Notes: a model not told the origin generated them from the sequence alone. DNA of 64,000 nucleotides from Owenia fusiformis (GCA_903813345.2 CAIIXF020000001.1:7936001-8000000); one strand, 5' to 3'. Positions 11,004-24,512 are shown, numbered from the stretch's first letter. A program made the numbers and translations.

Positions 11004-11460
11004 AGTCCCCATGTAACTTTTGAAAATATGTTTTGTCATTGAAATTTACTATTTTTCATGACTTTTTTGCAACCACTGAAAAACGTTTTGAAAAATTGAA
11101 AAAAAAATCTTTGTCAATCTTTTTTTAAATATGCTGAACTTCAAAAATAAACTAATGTTGATTGTCTTTACAAGGTTAAAAGGAAGAATATATTTTGTCT
11201 CAAATATTATTGTACTATTGGTTTCTAAGAGAACTATAATTTTGAAATACATTTTTTCTAAACCATTTTCATGCATGTTATAGCTTGTTAAGATATGTGT
11301 GACCTCTAAAAGTTAATAAATTCATGATTTTTCGAACAAAAAGTCCTTCAAAAACCACTTTTTGAAATTAAAAAAGAAAGTTTCACATATCACACTTTGA
11401 TAACATTGGGCAATAATACTACAATATAAGCCAAAGTGGTTTAAACTTCACATGGGTGCG
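11004..11460. mobile_element. Possible TTAA-flanked MITE (Kolobok/piggyBac-like)
   Basis: TTAA on both sides; partial TIR cccatgt / acatggg. Confidence 0.3.
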
Positions 11461-11565
11461 TTAAGTAAATATTATATCCCTTATACAATCAAATGATGCA
11501 TATATTTTGTAATCTTTTTTTAATAATAATACTTAAATTAAATTAAAGTAATACAAACATAATAC

Positions 11566-11790
11566 CAGGGCTCTCACCAGGCTTTTAGACTGTGGCGCAG
11601 CACCACACTCTATTTAGCTCCCACCACACCCTATTGGCAAATCATGACTGTTTCCACAGTCTAAACTTGACTGAATATACAATAGCATGTAAAAAGGATA
11701 AAATATAACATAAATATGATTTATCACGATTGAACGGTAATGCTGAAGATGTTTACACCACACCCTAAATATTTCCTGGTGAGAGCCCTG
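11566..11790. mobile_element. MITE with 16-bp perfect TIR and 5-bp TSD
   Basis: cagggctctcaccagg ... cctggtgagagccctg, flanked by AATAC on both sides. Confidence 0.9.
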
Positions 11791-14229
11791 AATACATTCT
11801 TCCTAATAAGAGCCAAAAACAGCCAATGAAAAGTAACAGTATGAGCACAAATTGTACATTCTGGAAAATCTTAAAAATCTATAGTCTAAATGTTAGAGAA
11901 CAATTGTTTATAATGAGTCCCTGGATAGAGCAGGAAAAATGAAGATTACCTTAAATGGCAATGAGTCGACTAATCCTATAGCGTCTCATTTGCTTTCATT
12001 AGCATTTCCTGTCTAGAATATTTAGTTAAAAAGCTACATTAACAAACCAAGCATACAACAGTAGTAATTATGATGATTATAAAGAAAAGGCCAAGCAAAA
12101 GTAACTTGACAACTCAATTGAGAAGCAAATCCCAATGGTTGAATGTTTACAAAACATTCAATTAGCACTTATTCAAAGAATATACAGTACAGTTTGTATC
12201 ATCTATTTTTGCACCTATTCCTATTATTTACATTATTAAGGAGAATAGGTTTGGCATTAAGGTACAGAGTTCTTGCTATGTTGAGGATTTGAAAAGTACA
12301 TGCCAAGCTGTTGAGTATCTTATATACTCAGAGATATTATGACCAAACTAATAATCATAAGTTGGCACTGCTCTGTTGAGATGGGAACTTGGTAGGGCCA
12401 CACGAGAACAAAAGATATTTCAACCAAAGGCAATTAGTTCTGAGAGACAATGTTTTTTATGAAAAATATTTAGAAAATAAATTGAATTATTTGATTAAAA
12501 ATATTTAGAAAAGAAATTGAACTAATTGATTGAAGGTAGTATGTCTAAATATCTTCTCTGGTATTTGTTAATTTAGCAGCCCATATCCTACTGATTTTGC
12601 TTATTGTGACTCATGTTTCATTTTAAAATAACTTAAAATGACATGGTGAAACCAACCAGTGGCTGTTTTTATTAAAAATATAAGATTCCCGAATTATTCT
12701 TTCAACAATTGTATGTAACACTGTCATTATACAAGAAAAAAGATAAAAATGTGCCATAAATTCTGTAGAATCAAATCAAGCTGTTTGAGCAGCCATTTTG
12801 AATCAAAAGTAGGCCAATGTGACAATTCTTTAAAATCAATCATTTAAAACAATAATGAACCTCTACACAAGTTTGACAATGCTTGTCTAAATTTTATTAT
12901 ACATACATTTTACATTCGCCGGCGATTAACACATAGTTTTTTTTATTATATAAAGTACAAAGAAATCTTTGAAGAAAAGTGACTGGCTGAGTGACCTATC
13001 CAGGCTACTTTATAATTTCAGGGAATTTTAGTTATTGAGCAATTTACTGAAATCCATTAAACGATTCAATAATTTGTCAATGTATTTTTCTAAGCTTTCA
13101 GCTCTAATGACACAGAAATACACATATATTATCTCAAATCAATCCTTTCAAATGTTATGTTTCTTAAGGCTGTTTCAGTATATTTAAATCAATCTTTGGT
13201 TTCCTCAAGAACAAATCAGGCTAAATCATGTTGGCATAGTAACTATATAGCATCAATTCAGTTGTTCTGTTGTGATACATTAGAATTTCTGATTGATTAA
13301 TATGTGATCAAAAATATCAACATATTTCACACCTTCATTAATTTTTGAATAATCATAAAGAACATATTGCCCTGATCTTAGGGAATGTCCAGTAATGTAA
13401 CATAATGGGGCTATGGGAAGTTTTCCTCCAAAGAATACGTATATCTGCTTAATACGTCAACAGTGAGAAACCTTATAAACAACATATCAATAACCACTTA
13501 GTGACGACAGCATCTCCAAAATAAAAAAAAATTGCAAGGCCATCATCGCGTTGGGCAATTATCATTATAGTGTAATGATTGTCAAACATGCAGCAGTACA
13601 TGTGACAAACCATGTCTTTGAGAGATAAAGAGTTCTGATAGAATATTTCATTGTTTTGAATTGAGTTATACTTCAAAAAGTCACTTGATTTCATGCAGTA
13701 AAACCAGATTTTTCAAAAACACCTTATGATTGTTAAATGCTTGAGGTAATTATTTTTCTGGATTGTCACTTCAGTGAAAATTTCATTATAATTTGATCAA
13801 ATTGACATATAAGTGGTGTTATTGAATATATTAAAAGCTACCGATGTCCTGAAACATAAAAATATCAACCGTAAAATTTTTACCTCCAATAAAACAATTA
13901 CAGTAACTATAGTCCTAATACTAAGTACATATTCCAGTTTTCTGCAAGGAAAAATGCAAATTTGCGCAGATTTTTCACCATTTGTTGCAGAAATGTAAAT
14001 CTTTTGGAAAGAAAAATTTATCAGTTGCAAATAGATGAAACCAATGAATAAATCCCAAAAAATTCTGTAAATTCTTTTGTACGAAGTGGCAAACTCTGCA
14101 AAAATTCGCAGTTCCTTCATGTTAGCAAAAATGCTATTTCTTATTTAAATTATTAGATAGTTATGCATCGTTCTCTAATAACTAGCTTAGATAGATTGGT
14201 TAGATAGCTATAGGGCGCTATAGATACAC

Positions 14230-16214
14230 ACAAGAACACAAATGTGTACAAAATGTCCCCACCTATTGGTGATCCCGTCAAATGGTTATCCTAAAAATGA
14301 GTAGACAAGACTTTACCGACACAATTTGAGGACGGAAAATCCAAAATGGCCACCTTAAAATTTACCCAGAATGCCAAAGAATTAGTCAGTTCTAGATTTT
14401 CACACTAAGAACCACCCCTAAAAATTTGAAATTGATCCGTCACACAGTTAACCAGAAAACATGTAAACAAGACTTCAAAATCCAAAATGGCTGCCTTGAC
14501 ATTTATCCAGAATGCCAAAAAACTAATCTGTTCTAGATTTTCATACTAAGAATCATCCCTGAAAATTTAAAATTGATCCACCAAACGGTTCACCTGAAAA
14601 CGCGTAGACAAGACTTTACGGGCAAGATTTTAAGACAGAAAATCCAAAATGGCTGCCTTTACATTTATCCAGAATGCAAAAAAACTAATCAGATCTAGAT
14701 TTTCATACTAAGAATCATCCCTGAAAATTTGAAATTGATCTACCAAACAGTTCACCTGGAAATGCGTAGACAAGACTTTACAGACAAGATTTTAGGACAG
14801 AAAATCCAAAATGGCTGCCTTGACATTTACCCAGAATGCCAAAAAACTAATCAGAACTAGATTTTCATACTAAAAATCATCCCTGAAAATTTGAAATTGA
14901 TCAACCAAACGGTTCACGTAAAAACATGTAGACAAGTCTTTACGGGCAAGATTTTAAGACGGAAAATCCAAAATGGCTGCCTTGACATTTATCCAGAATG
15001 CCAAAAAACTAATCAGATCTAGATTTTCATACTAAGTATCATCCCTGAAAATTTAAAATTGATCTACCAAACGGTTCACCTAAAAACGCGTAGACAAGAC
15101 TTTACAGGCAAGATCTTAAGATGGAAAATCCAAAATGGCTGCCTTGACATTTATCCAGAAAGCCAAAAAACTAATCAGATCTAGATTTTCATACTAATAA
15201 TCATCCCTAAAACTTTGAAATTGATCTACAGAACGGTTCACCTGGAAATGCATAGACAAGACTTTACAGACAAGATTTTAGGACAGAAAATCCAAAATGG
15301 CTGCCTTGACATTTACCCAGAATGCCAAAAAACTAATCAGTTCTACATTTTCATACTAAGAATCATCTCTAAAAATTTGAAATTGATCTACCAAACGGTT
15401 CACCTGAAAACGCGTAGACAAGACTTTACAGACAAGATTTTAGGACGGAAAATCCAAAATGGCTGCCTTTACATTTACCCAGAATGCCAAAAAACGAATC
15501 AGATCTAGATTTTTATACTAAGAATCATCCCTGAAAATTTGAAATTGATCCACCAAATGGTTCACCTGAAAACACCTGAAAACACGTAGACAAGACTTCA
15601 CAGACAAGATTTTAGGACGGAAAAATCCAAAATGGCCGACAATAAAAAAGTGATTATGTGTTTTTGCTGATTTCTTCTTACAAAATTATCACATATAACT
15701 ACTGTTAACAATAACATAGGCTTTTATAACAAAGTACATCTGAAATTATTTATAAAGCTACTAAATAGTTAAAGTATGAAAACTCAAAAACACCATTCAA
15801 TATGATACAAAGTATTATCGTGCGCTAACTTTTCTAAAGACATTCAAAATGGCTGACATGACTGAGCTAACAGGTCCAAAACCTAATCAGATCTAGAATG
15901 AAGTGAGCTGAACAAGATGTTAAAGTTTTAAAAGCAACTGTGAAGCCGTTTTTCTTAAAGTTTGCAGACAAGGATTTTAGCATTTAACTTCAAAATGGCC
16001 GACAGGAAGTAGGTATCGAGTTAAGATTTTTTCATCCACATCTGTATGCACTCATAAGTTATCCCTGAAAATTTGAAGGTGATATCTGTAGCGGTTTTGG
16101 AGAAAACTCTCGGACGTACGGACGGACAGATGGACGGACGGACGTACGGGCGGACAGACAGACGGACGCGCCTAGGCCGACAATATGGCCCCACACTATG
16201 TGGTGGGGACATAA
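14230..16214 (+). mobile_element. Helentron-associated (HINE-like) element, family 1, with internal 162-bp tandem array
   Basis: Subterminal IR atgtccccacc (14253) / ggtggggacat (16202); GGAC/AGAC microsatellite at ~16112-16167; 3' hairpin ccccacactatgtggtgggg; second copy at 36643-38285. Confidence 0.85.
14290..15640. repeat. ~8 tandem copies of a 162-bp satellite monomer
   Basis: aaaatccaaaatggc at 14639, 14801, 14963, 15125, 15287 and 15449 (period 162). Confidence 0.95.
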
Positions 16215-16589
16215 CAAAGGACTTAAAATATATGCACTATTAGGGTCTGTATGATCTCGTTAGCTGGCAGAAACATATGCTCCAAAGGATGATCGTCTTG
16301 ACCAACAAGAGCATGCATGACATACTACCCAAGTGAGCAAAATAATCTCATAACATAGAGTACTTCACCTGGTTATGCTGTTCAAGTGAGAGTGCTAATT
16401 GGTAGAAATATGCCACTCTTCATGTGTCCAGTTCACCTCAAAAACAAATTAGATGCCTTCGGTTACTCATTATGAGAAACATCATCTCATATTATTTTAC
16501 TTAATTACAGTAATATTTAGTCTTATCTAGCTCGACATTCAGGAACCAACTCTCCAGGCGGTAGATGCTGATTGATATTTGCCTAGTCA

Positions 16590-16880
16590 TTAATATATCA
16601 GTCCATGGGGTGGATACGTGAAGGAAGTAGGTATAAAAAATAGACAACATGAGATAACAGTATTGTTATGTAGTTGTACTTTCTACATTATTAGATGGAT
16701 AAGTGTTTGTGTAATATACCTATAATGCCCTTTGGTAATCTAGGCATCCGTTAAATCAATATAATAGCCTCTTTAAAAACCTTCACTAACCCAAATCTAC
16801 ATATTTCTTTCATTTCCATATGTAATAGATTAGTTAAGTCTTGCACACGGACATAATTTCAAAACCACACCCAAATATTA
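16590..16880 (-). pseudogene. Possible highly decayed GIY-YIG endonuclease (Penelope-like) remnant
   Basis: Minus-strand fragments resembling C..TNL, KYV and TYPPHGL at plausible spacing; heavily mutated. Confidence 0.25.
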
Positions 16881-18782
16881 CTTTTTTCTTGTATATTTAC
16901 TCTCCTGGCTTACCCTTATTACTTTTATGTTAGTGGATTTATTGTCAAATATCCAATGGTTTTATTTAGTCAAACAAATATTTGGTCATCTCAATACATA
17001 TTATTTTATTCTATTCATACCTGATCCTATAGTTGTATTCAAAATGTGCTTTGCTCAAATGATTCTTTAAATATGAATGGACATGTGGCAAAATGGGTAA
17101 GACAGGTATTTTACAATATATGGCAAGAAACGTCCAAAGCAAAGCAAAACAAAACCCCAATATCTCAAACAATGATGCAATTGCAAGAGTTTCATGTTTT
17201 TCTTAATAACACTTAATTATTTTGATAGAGCAATATCTAAGCAGTCATATTGCCATGTGGTTATATTCTATAAAATGTCCTTAAGATGATGGCCCCGAGC
17301 CATTCCTCATTTTGAGCTATATTACCCACTCCTTAAAATAATATGCAGATCACAGAATGCTGTTTGTTTGCATCTCTCATACAAAAAGAAATGCAAACTT
17401 CCCCACCCATGGGATATACTTCTAAAGCTACAATCAGAGATATAAAGTTGACAAAAACAGAATCAACATTAATATATTAGCCTTAACATTAATGCTTCTT
17501 AAATGACTTCTTAAATAAAATCTGGTTTGTTCTTCAACTCAAACAGTGATGGTAGTAATAGGCATTGTTTCTTTATGTGTTCTTCATTGTTTTTGCTTAA
17601 TTTGACCCAGTACAGTATCAGATCATTTGTCTACAATTATAGATGTCAGTCTTTCCAGAAACGTTATGGGGAGGATCAATAAATAAGCTATCAACACAAA
17701 ATTATGTTATTTAAGATGAATGCAACCAATAGGTGGCTTAACAATCATGGAAAGTATAGTAAAGTATAATCTGTTGATCAATTTTGTCTTGTTTTTTTTC
17801 TCTCAATGGCTCATTGTTTATATTCTTATATGAAGCATGAGTGACATACAGTGAAAGACCAAGGGAATCACAGGAAAAAACATTAAAATATCCCAAAGTA
17901 TGATTGAATACGCCAGCAAACAAAGCCATACACATTCCATAAGTCATGGGACATTTCATATACTAAATATAGTAAAGCAAACTCATTACAACACATGTGA
18001 AACAATAAATTCATTTTTAATGAAAATGTTATTGTCATATAGACCACAATGTAATTAATGAGCTTTACTAATGTGAAAAGGTAATTTAAATGATATATAC
18101 ATTTTTGTCAATATTTATATATCATCTTTAATTCTGTTTTTAAAAGAATGAAATTGGTCATTTAACAACAATCTTTAATGTTTAGAGTATCTTCTTCTTT
18201 TAAATATTCCTCAATATTTTTTTGTACTTTACAAAGTTTTTCAATGACTTCAAAATGAATAAAATAATACATTGTCTTATAGTTTTGAATTATGTGTTCT
18301 GAATGAAAATGGGCAGAGGGAAATACTGTTTATCTATATGTGAAATCATTGTTTAGGATGTAAGGATTTGTTTTGTTAATAGTCAGATGACATCTAATCT
18401 TCCTCTTTAAACTATTTATAATAGTTTTTTATCTTTCACCTTTTTGCTCATAAATATGGAATATTAGATTTGTCAGGTCAGAATTCAAGTTTGGGATGAA
18501 GACAACATTTATTTGGAATCGTTAAAGCAATTTATTTTCTTGGCAAATCATAAACACATATTTAATCTACAAATCAACATTTTTAGAGAAAAAATATTTA
18601 TATTTAAGTTTAGAAATTTGCTGTTGTTTAAAATGGGGTAGTTTAAAAAAATTGCATTTTCAAAACACCCCGATTCAAAGGATCTAGTGCTCCCTCCATT
18701 ATGATCTCCCCATGAACAAAAATAAATTCATCTGATTTTTCAAAATAAATATACTGCTTTTATTATTACATTTATATGTACT

Positions 18783-19238
18783 TGTAATGACCTTCGATAG
18801 CAAGTCGCTACTACAGTCTCAGCTGTAGTGGCTAGCCTTTATGGCTCAGGGGTAGAGTGTCTGACTCAAGAGCGGGAGGTCCTGGGTTTAGCACATTCTC
18901 TTTCTAGTCTAGTATCTGACTCGGTACACTACAGCTCCATGACGAGCGTGCCCAAGGGTCGTTACATTGGTGTCAGAAGTGGGATTGCCCTTGTGAATCA
19001 GTTACGACGGGACGTCGTCTTCTAGGGGGGGATGGTGTAATGACCTTCGATAGCAAGTCGCTACTACAGTCTCAGCTGTAGTGGCTAGCCTTTATGGCTC
19101 AGGGGTAGAGCATCTGACTCGAGAGCGTGAGGTCCTGGGTTCGATATGGGGCATTGAATGTAGCACATTCTCCTTCGAGTCTAGTATCTAGCTAGGTACA
19201 CTACAGCTCCCCCACGAGCGTGCCCAAGGGTTGTTACA
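18783..19238 (+). mobile_element. Miniature LTR retroelement (TRIM) with tRNA-containing LTRs, Helenus-like, copy 2 (complete)
   Basis: TSD TACT on both sides; LTR1 18783-18966 and LTR2 19036-19238 (TGTAA...TTACA); PBS tggtgtcagaagtgggat 18968-18985; PPT agggggggatgg 19024-19035; 69-bp internal region. Confidence 0.92.
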
Positions 19239-19797
19239 TACTCGAGTATCTTGTTGACTATATTCAGCACTGTATTGATGAATGGACCATTTATTAGGAC
19301 CAATATTCAATCATAAAGCGTACAGGTGTAGAGATGCCAAACCAGGAAGTATTTTTGTGTCTGTCAAAATCCATTTGCATCCAACACATCCATACATCTT
19401 ATCCAAACATGTTATTAAGTAATTCTGTCAGAAAAAAATAATAAAAAATGTATAATCTTTTAATTTGAAGTACGATGTCTGATGTGATATACCATTTGTG
19501 TCATATTGTGAAATTATTTAAGTCAATGTTAAGTCAATAGAACACATCCAATGTCAAGTCAATATCCTTGCTGAACTTAATGACCTCCACCTCAGCCCAT
19601 GTGGGTCCAAACGCTTAAATATTTTCCAAAGTATTATGGGGCTTTGTATTCTTTATGTTACACCTAAAAATGATTCATTTTGTTCATGGGGAAATCATAA
19701 TGGAAAGTGCACTAAACCCCTTTTAATGTAAAGCTGATCAAACAAACTAAACATCAGGTCATGAAGATGAATTAGTCCTCTATCCCATAACATAGCA

Positions 19798-20160
19798 CTA
19801 ATATGCGGTATGTCTTCCTAGTGCTGCAATCAGAGCATCCATCCCACGGGGCCTGCTGTCATTTAAATGTCTAACCTGTCTACGCAAAATAAGGTCCCAC
19901 TACTCAATCAGAGGAGTATACAACTCTGCTAAATTTTGAGAGGCTGAGAGGGGATAGTGGTCACAAATTGTACTATCAGTCTCATCCCACATGTGCTCTG
20001 CAGGAGCCTGATCAGGTGACTTTGGTGCCTATGGTAGCTGCTCCACATTGCCTGCTCTGGGGAAATCCTGCATAATGCAGCTATCTGGCGCATGAGCTTC
20101 ATCATGCTGCAGTTGAAAGTTACGCCCAAACACTCTGTTTGCATGTTGTACTAGATGTAG
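19798..20160 (-). pseudogene. Tc1/mariner transposase C-terminal remnant
   Basis: Minus strand: QHDEAHA (cf. QDNA.PH), NVEQLP, SPD....EHMWDE, terminal RPRGMDALIAALGRHTAY*; frameshifted and abutted by the MITE at 20168. Confidence 0.75.
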
Positions 20161-20167
20161 GCCCAAA

Positions 20168-21376
20168 CAGTGGAGACGATAACCCCATTTAACGTGTAAC
20201 ACGGAGATTGCCATTTTGCACGTCAATTGACGTGAATCACGCCAATAAGCATAATGTCCATTGTAATTCATAATTTAAACACCAGGTTAATTAGAAGACC
20301 TAGTGTTTAATATATATGCAATCTAAGTAATATGTCTTTTATAGTACGTATACTTTGGTAAACATTAATGATATATTAAATCCAAGGGAAGTATTTCATT
20401 CCAAAGTTGTGGAGAAAAATGCCGTTCAATCTTGTGAATTTCCTGTCAATGTTACGAACCAATGAAGTCACCACCGAACTTGCATTCTTGGAAAGTCTAA
20501 ATCGATCGATGGAATGCTTTTTATTGCATTTTCTTCAAGTATTTAATCTAATCTAGCACTTGTATGCAGGAATTCGCGATCCTATGTGGGAAATTTGCGC
20601 TAGAACTAATCAAAGTTACCTCTCACGAATCCTAGAAAAACGCCATATTGGAATTACTAATACTCCTTCAATTGTCTAGATATCGTCTTTCCGACGGGTT
20701 TTACGACAAAATTGGTACTGACCCAATGGTATTTTAATCTCTTAACATAACGTGAGCCCCAATTCCGAGAAAAGACCACTGGAAATCACTAAAACGGGGT
20801 CTACTTTCCCTCTTCTTTTTGACCGGAAGTGTTTTCCTGACCTCCGTGTGTTGCCGATTTTTTCGTTTTTTCCTGGCTGGATTTAGTTTTAAACCTTCTT
20901 TACAATGATCTAATGATTACCCTAAATGAATTATAAACAATTTAAATTCCTATCCTCATTAGATCAGAATTTATTCATTTTCTTTCCATCATTTGTTTAC
21001 TTCCGGTTTGCTGTTGAAATATTTCTTGTAAACATTGACGTAAGCACATCATGATAGTTGTAAGTTCAAAATGCAACCCGGACAATAGCAAATGTTTATG
21101 ATTATAACTATTACATACGATGCAGATCATGATTTACCCACTAGTTTCCCAGTTTATAACTGCCTGTTGTCCTGCCGATAATATGTGAAACTTTTACAAG
21201 ATAAAAGTTTGCACGTCAATTGCCGTGCAAAATATTGCACGTCAGTTGACGGAAATGACGGCAATTGCCGTTATTATCTATTGACATGCGTACTTATGCT
21301 TCATAATTTCACGTCAATTGTCGTGCAACATGGCAATTGCCGTACTTCACGTTAAATGGGGTTATCGTCTCCACTG
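20168..21376. mobile_element. Non-autonomous DNA transposon with 29-bp perfect TIR and 5-bp TSD
   Basis: cagtggagacgataaccccatttaacgtg and its exact reverse complement ending at 21376; CCAAA on both sides; subterminal cacgtcaattg repeats. Confidence 0.93.
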
Positions 21377-22354
21377 CCAAAAGGTCACTGTATCTCTCAC
21401 CGCTGACATTACAGTTGAGACTCACCAAGGGGGTGCGACTCTCCTTGGTGAACACCACCTCAAATATGAACAGAACCACCTCCAAGAGCTACTTATAATA
21501 ACAATCAGTTGTATGTGCAAATATGAAGAGGAAATCGGGAGGCAATAAACATTGTTTAACAAATTATTATCATTTATAAGAATTATACCAAACAATTAAT
21601 AATTATAAAATATTCCATATTTGAGCAACTGTACATTTAGGTCATTTTACAATCATGATCGTTGAGAAATGCATATAATGTGACTAAATTCATGACTACC
21701 ATTATACATGCCATGAAATTATCATTTCACTATATGAGCAATAATGTGATGGTATTTTTACATGTTTCTTTTGTTATGTGATTGTTTCTCAATGGAATCA
21801 GAATCCATTCAATATACATACCAATAGGTTCCTTGTTGGATTAGTTCCAAAGAGTGATTGTAATTGATGAACATAAACATCTATTACTAATGATGCTGTC
21901 TGACTCTAGGGAAATATGACTATAGTCTACAACATCAGGCATCGAGTATGGAATAACATAGCATCACTATTATAGATATTTGTGCCTTGATTACATATTC
22001 TAGCCAAACAGACAAAATATGCTCTTGTCTCATCAAATGGACTCATAACAGTTTTCTCTTTTACCATGCGTAATATATTTAATGATTTGAGTACAATACA
22101 AAAAAGTTTTGCCAAAAAACTGTATCCTATTACAAAAAGAAAATGCTGACTTATACCTAACAGTGTGAGATACAGTATTGTTAGAGAATATAATAGATTA
22201 CTCTTCATGACGACCTACGGCTCTTGGGTAGATATATTATATTTGCCTCAAGATAATCCTAATATCCGGAACTTTATATAGATGAGATGTTTATCACATA
22301 CAAATCTTGCTCATCTGGTTCACATTGTTCAATTGGCCCATAAATTAGAATATA

Positions 22355-22850
22355 AAAAGTGGTGACATATTTTAATGGTCTCCATTTTTTATGGTGGTTG
22401 GGGGATGGCAGTTGGTGGTTGGCGGTATACGATCGGCATTTGTAACAAATTCTACAACTTCCAATAACTTAACAAATACTGTTTAGACTGACTTCCAATT
22501 TTTTTCAAAATCATATACATGTTTTTAGAAGTTCAAATCTGACTTTATATATATGAGTTGACCTTCAATGACCTTTTCAAGGTAAAAAAAGGTATTTTTT
22601 CAACTTGCTTCAAATTGACCACTTTTCAAAATCATCTACAAAATAAGTTATCAGAAGTTCAAATCTGACTTTAGATTTGAAATTTGACCTTCAATGACCT
22701 TCTCAAGGTCAAAAAAGGTATTTTTGCAACTTGCTTCAAATTGACCAATTTATTTTTTCAAAATCATCTACAAGTTCTTAGAAATTCAAATCTGACTTAA
22801 GATTGAACTATTGTAAGCAATTAGGTGGTGACATTTTGTCATGTGCTTCT
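22355..22850 (-). repeat. Dispersed repeat with ~125-bp internal tandem units; related ends at ~49895-49935 and ~50270-50300
   Basis: agaagttcaaatctgactt...ttgaccttcaatgacct repeated 2-3 times; gtggtgacatattttaatggtctcca resembles the reverse complement of ttggagactataacaatatgtcacc. Confidence 0.6.
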
Positions 22851-24006
22851 TTTTGTCATGCCTTGTGTTTTATTGGCTTTGCCCTGATTTTCTGTTCTTT
22901 CAGATATTCATTCACATTAGTATTTTTGAATCTTTGATTATAAACAGAGATAAATAAGCTCCTTCCCTTGTTTAAACCATCAAACAGATCGCAATTGTTT
23001 GCATTTTTTCTCATTGATATTTAAAGTAATAATGCAAATGGTACAAAAATGCACCAACATGCAAAATGGCAGCTATGAAGTAGCAGCCAGATATACAGTG
23101 CATCCAAAAAATGCAACAAGCAAAAACATGGTAAATCACAAAACCAGTGATGATTACATTAATTTCATTTAGTTTACCACGTGTCTCCTCTTTTCAATGA
23201 TATCTCATTTTAGGATTTAAGCCCTGTACTCAGTGCCATGTGGATTGACCATTCCTTGAAGGTGTTGTTTTCCAAAATGTGCACGAAATGCTTGCTTTGA
23301 GTGTAAAAATACCTTTTAGGAAATAACACATGAAAGGAATGGTCATTACACAATGCATTGACAGTGTTCGCGTTGACGCCGTTTTTTGCCATTTTTACGG
23401 AAATTTCAGAAGGTTATACGTAAAAATCAAAATCAACTTACGTCCCTAAGACGCAAAAATTATAAACTGCATCAAGATAACTTTTACTGCAGCACAGTAG
23501 CGGTGAAACATGATTTTCATCAAGATTTTCAAACTCACTACCTTGATATACAAGCAATGATCCAGGTATATTTATATCGACAAATCTGATTGGCTATCAT
23601 GGCTACCGAAGATTAACAGGGTTTCCAGTATGAGACATGGATTTTGATTGGTTCCGATATATTCCGGAAAATGCTGCAATCGAAATGGAAGATCAAAACA
23701 TACAATATTGCAGAAATCCCCTGTGGTGCCCCACAAATTGAAACGATTGTTTTTCACGATTATCTTTATTATTTCCACTAGGAACCATTATATTGATCTA
23801 ATGTTATACATCAAGATAATTGTTTAATGATAGATCGAGGTTTTTCATCTAAAAGTCTTCAGAATAAGTAAAAATGTTAATAAAAAGAAGCAAAACTTCA
23901 TGACCTTGATGTGACCTTCAAGATCGCAAGTTTGTAAAATGTGAAAACAAAACTCTTAAGGACAGGGTGCATGTTGGGAAATTTTCTGCACTCCTCAATT
24001 GAGTCA

Positions 24007-24329
24007 CATGTTATTTTTCAAACAAGAATAACTCCTTCCCCACATTGTCTACATCTTCCAGGTTTGCACAAAGAGTGCACTTATGTGCCTAGAAAAGCCT
24101 TGTGAGAAGATTTGTTTTGTAAAATGTATAAAAAATGAGAAAATTCAGTGAAAAAAATTTCTGAAAATTTTCTGAATTTTTTCACTGAATTTTCTTAATG
24201 TTTTTTATACACTTTATCAAAACATTCTTCTCACAAGTCTTTTCTAGGCATATAAGTGCACTCTTTGAGCAAAACTGGAAGATATAGACAATGTTGGGAA
24301 GGAGTGATTCTTGTTTGAAAAATAACATG
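24007..24329. repeat. ~320-bp near-perfect palindrome (foldback MITE-like)
   Basis: catgttatttttcaaacaagaat... mirrored by ...attcttgtttgaaaaataacatg; centre near 24167 with essentially no spacer. Confidence 0.9.
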
Positions 24330-24512
24330 GTGAATTGTTGGCTATATAACGGAATGCAGTTACATGAAATAGCTTGTTCTGATTGGCTGGTATGTATGAC
24401 ACACCTTGGCTAGCTATGTGTGAATTATTCATATATGACTGACCATGTATATATTATCTTGGTCAGCTGGAAAGTATAGCTATATCCTGCCCACTGATCA
24501 AAATACATAGAG

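Noticed and set aside
14290-15640. CRISPR-like array, or coding repeat (ORFs 15215-15508 and 36839-37144)
   Set aside because: Contiguous 162-bp monomers with no unique spacers, eukaryotic context, no cas genes; the ORFs are chance read-throughs of the satellite.
23094-23990. Tc1-like TIR start tacagtgcatccaaaaaa
   Set aside because: No convincing matching right TIR found.
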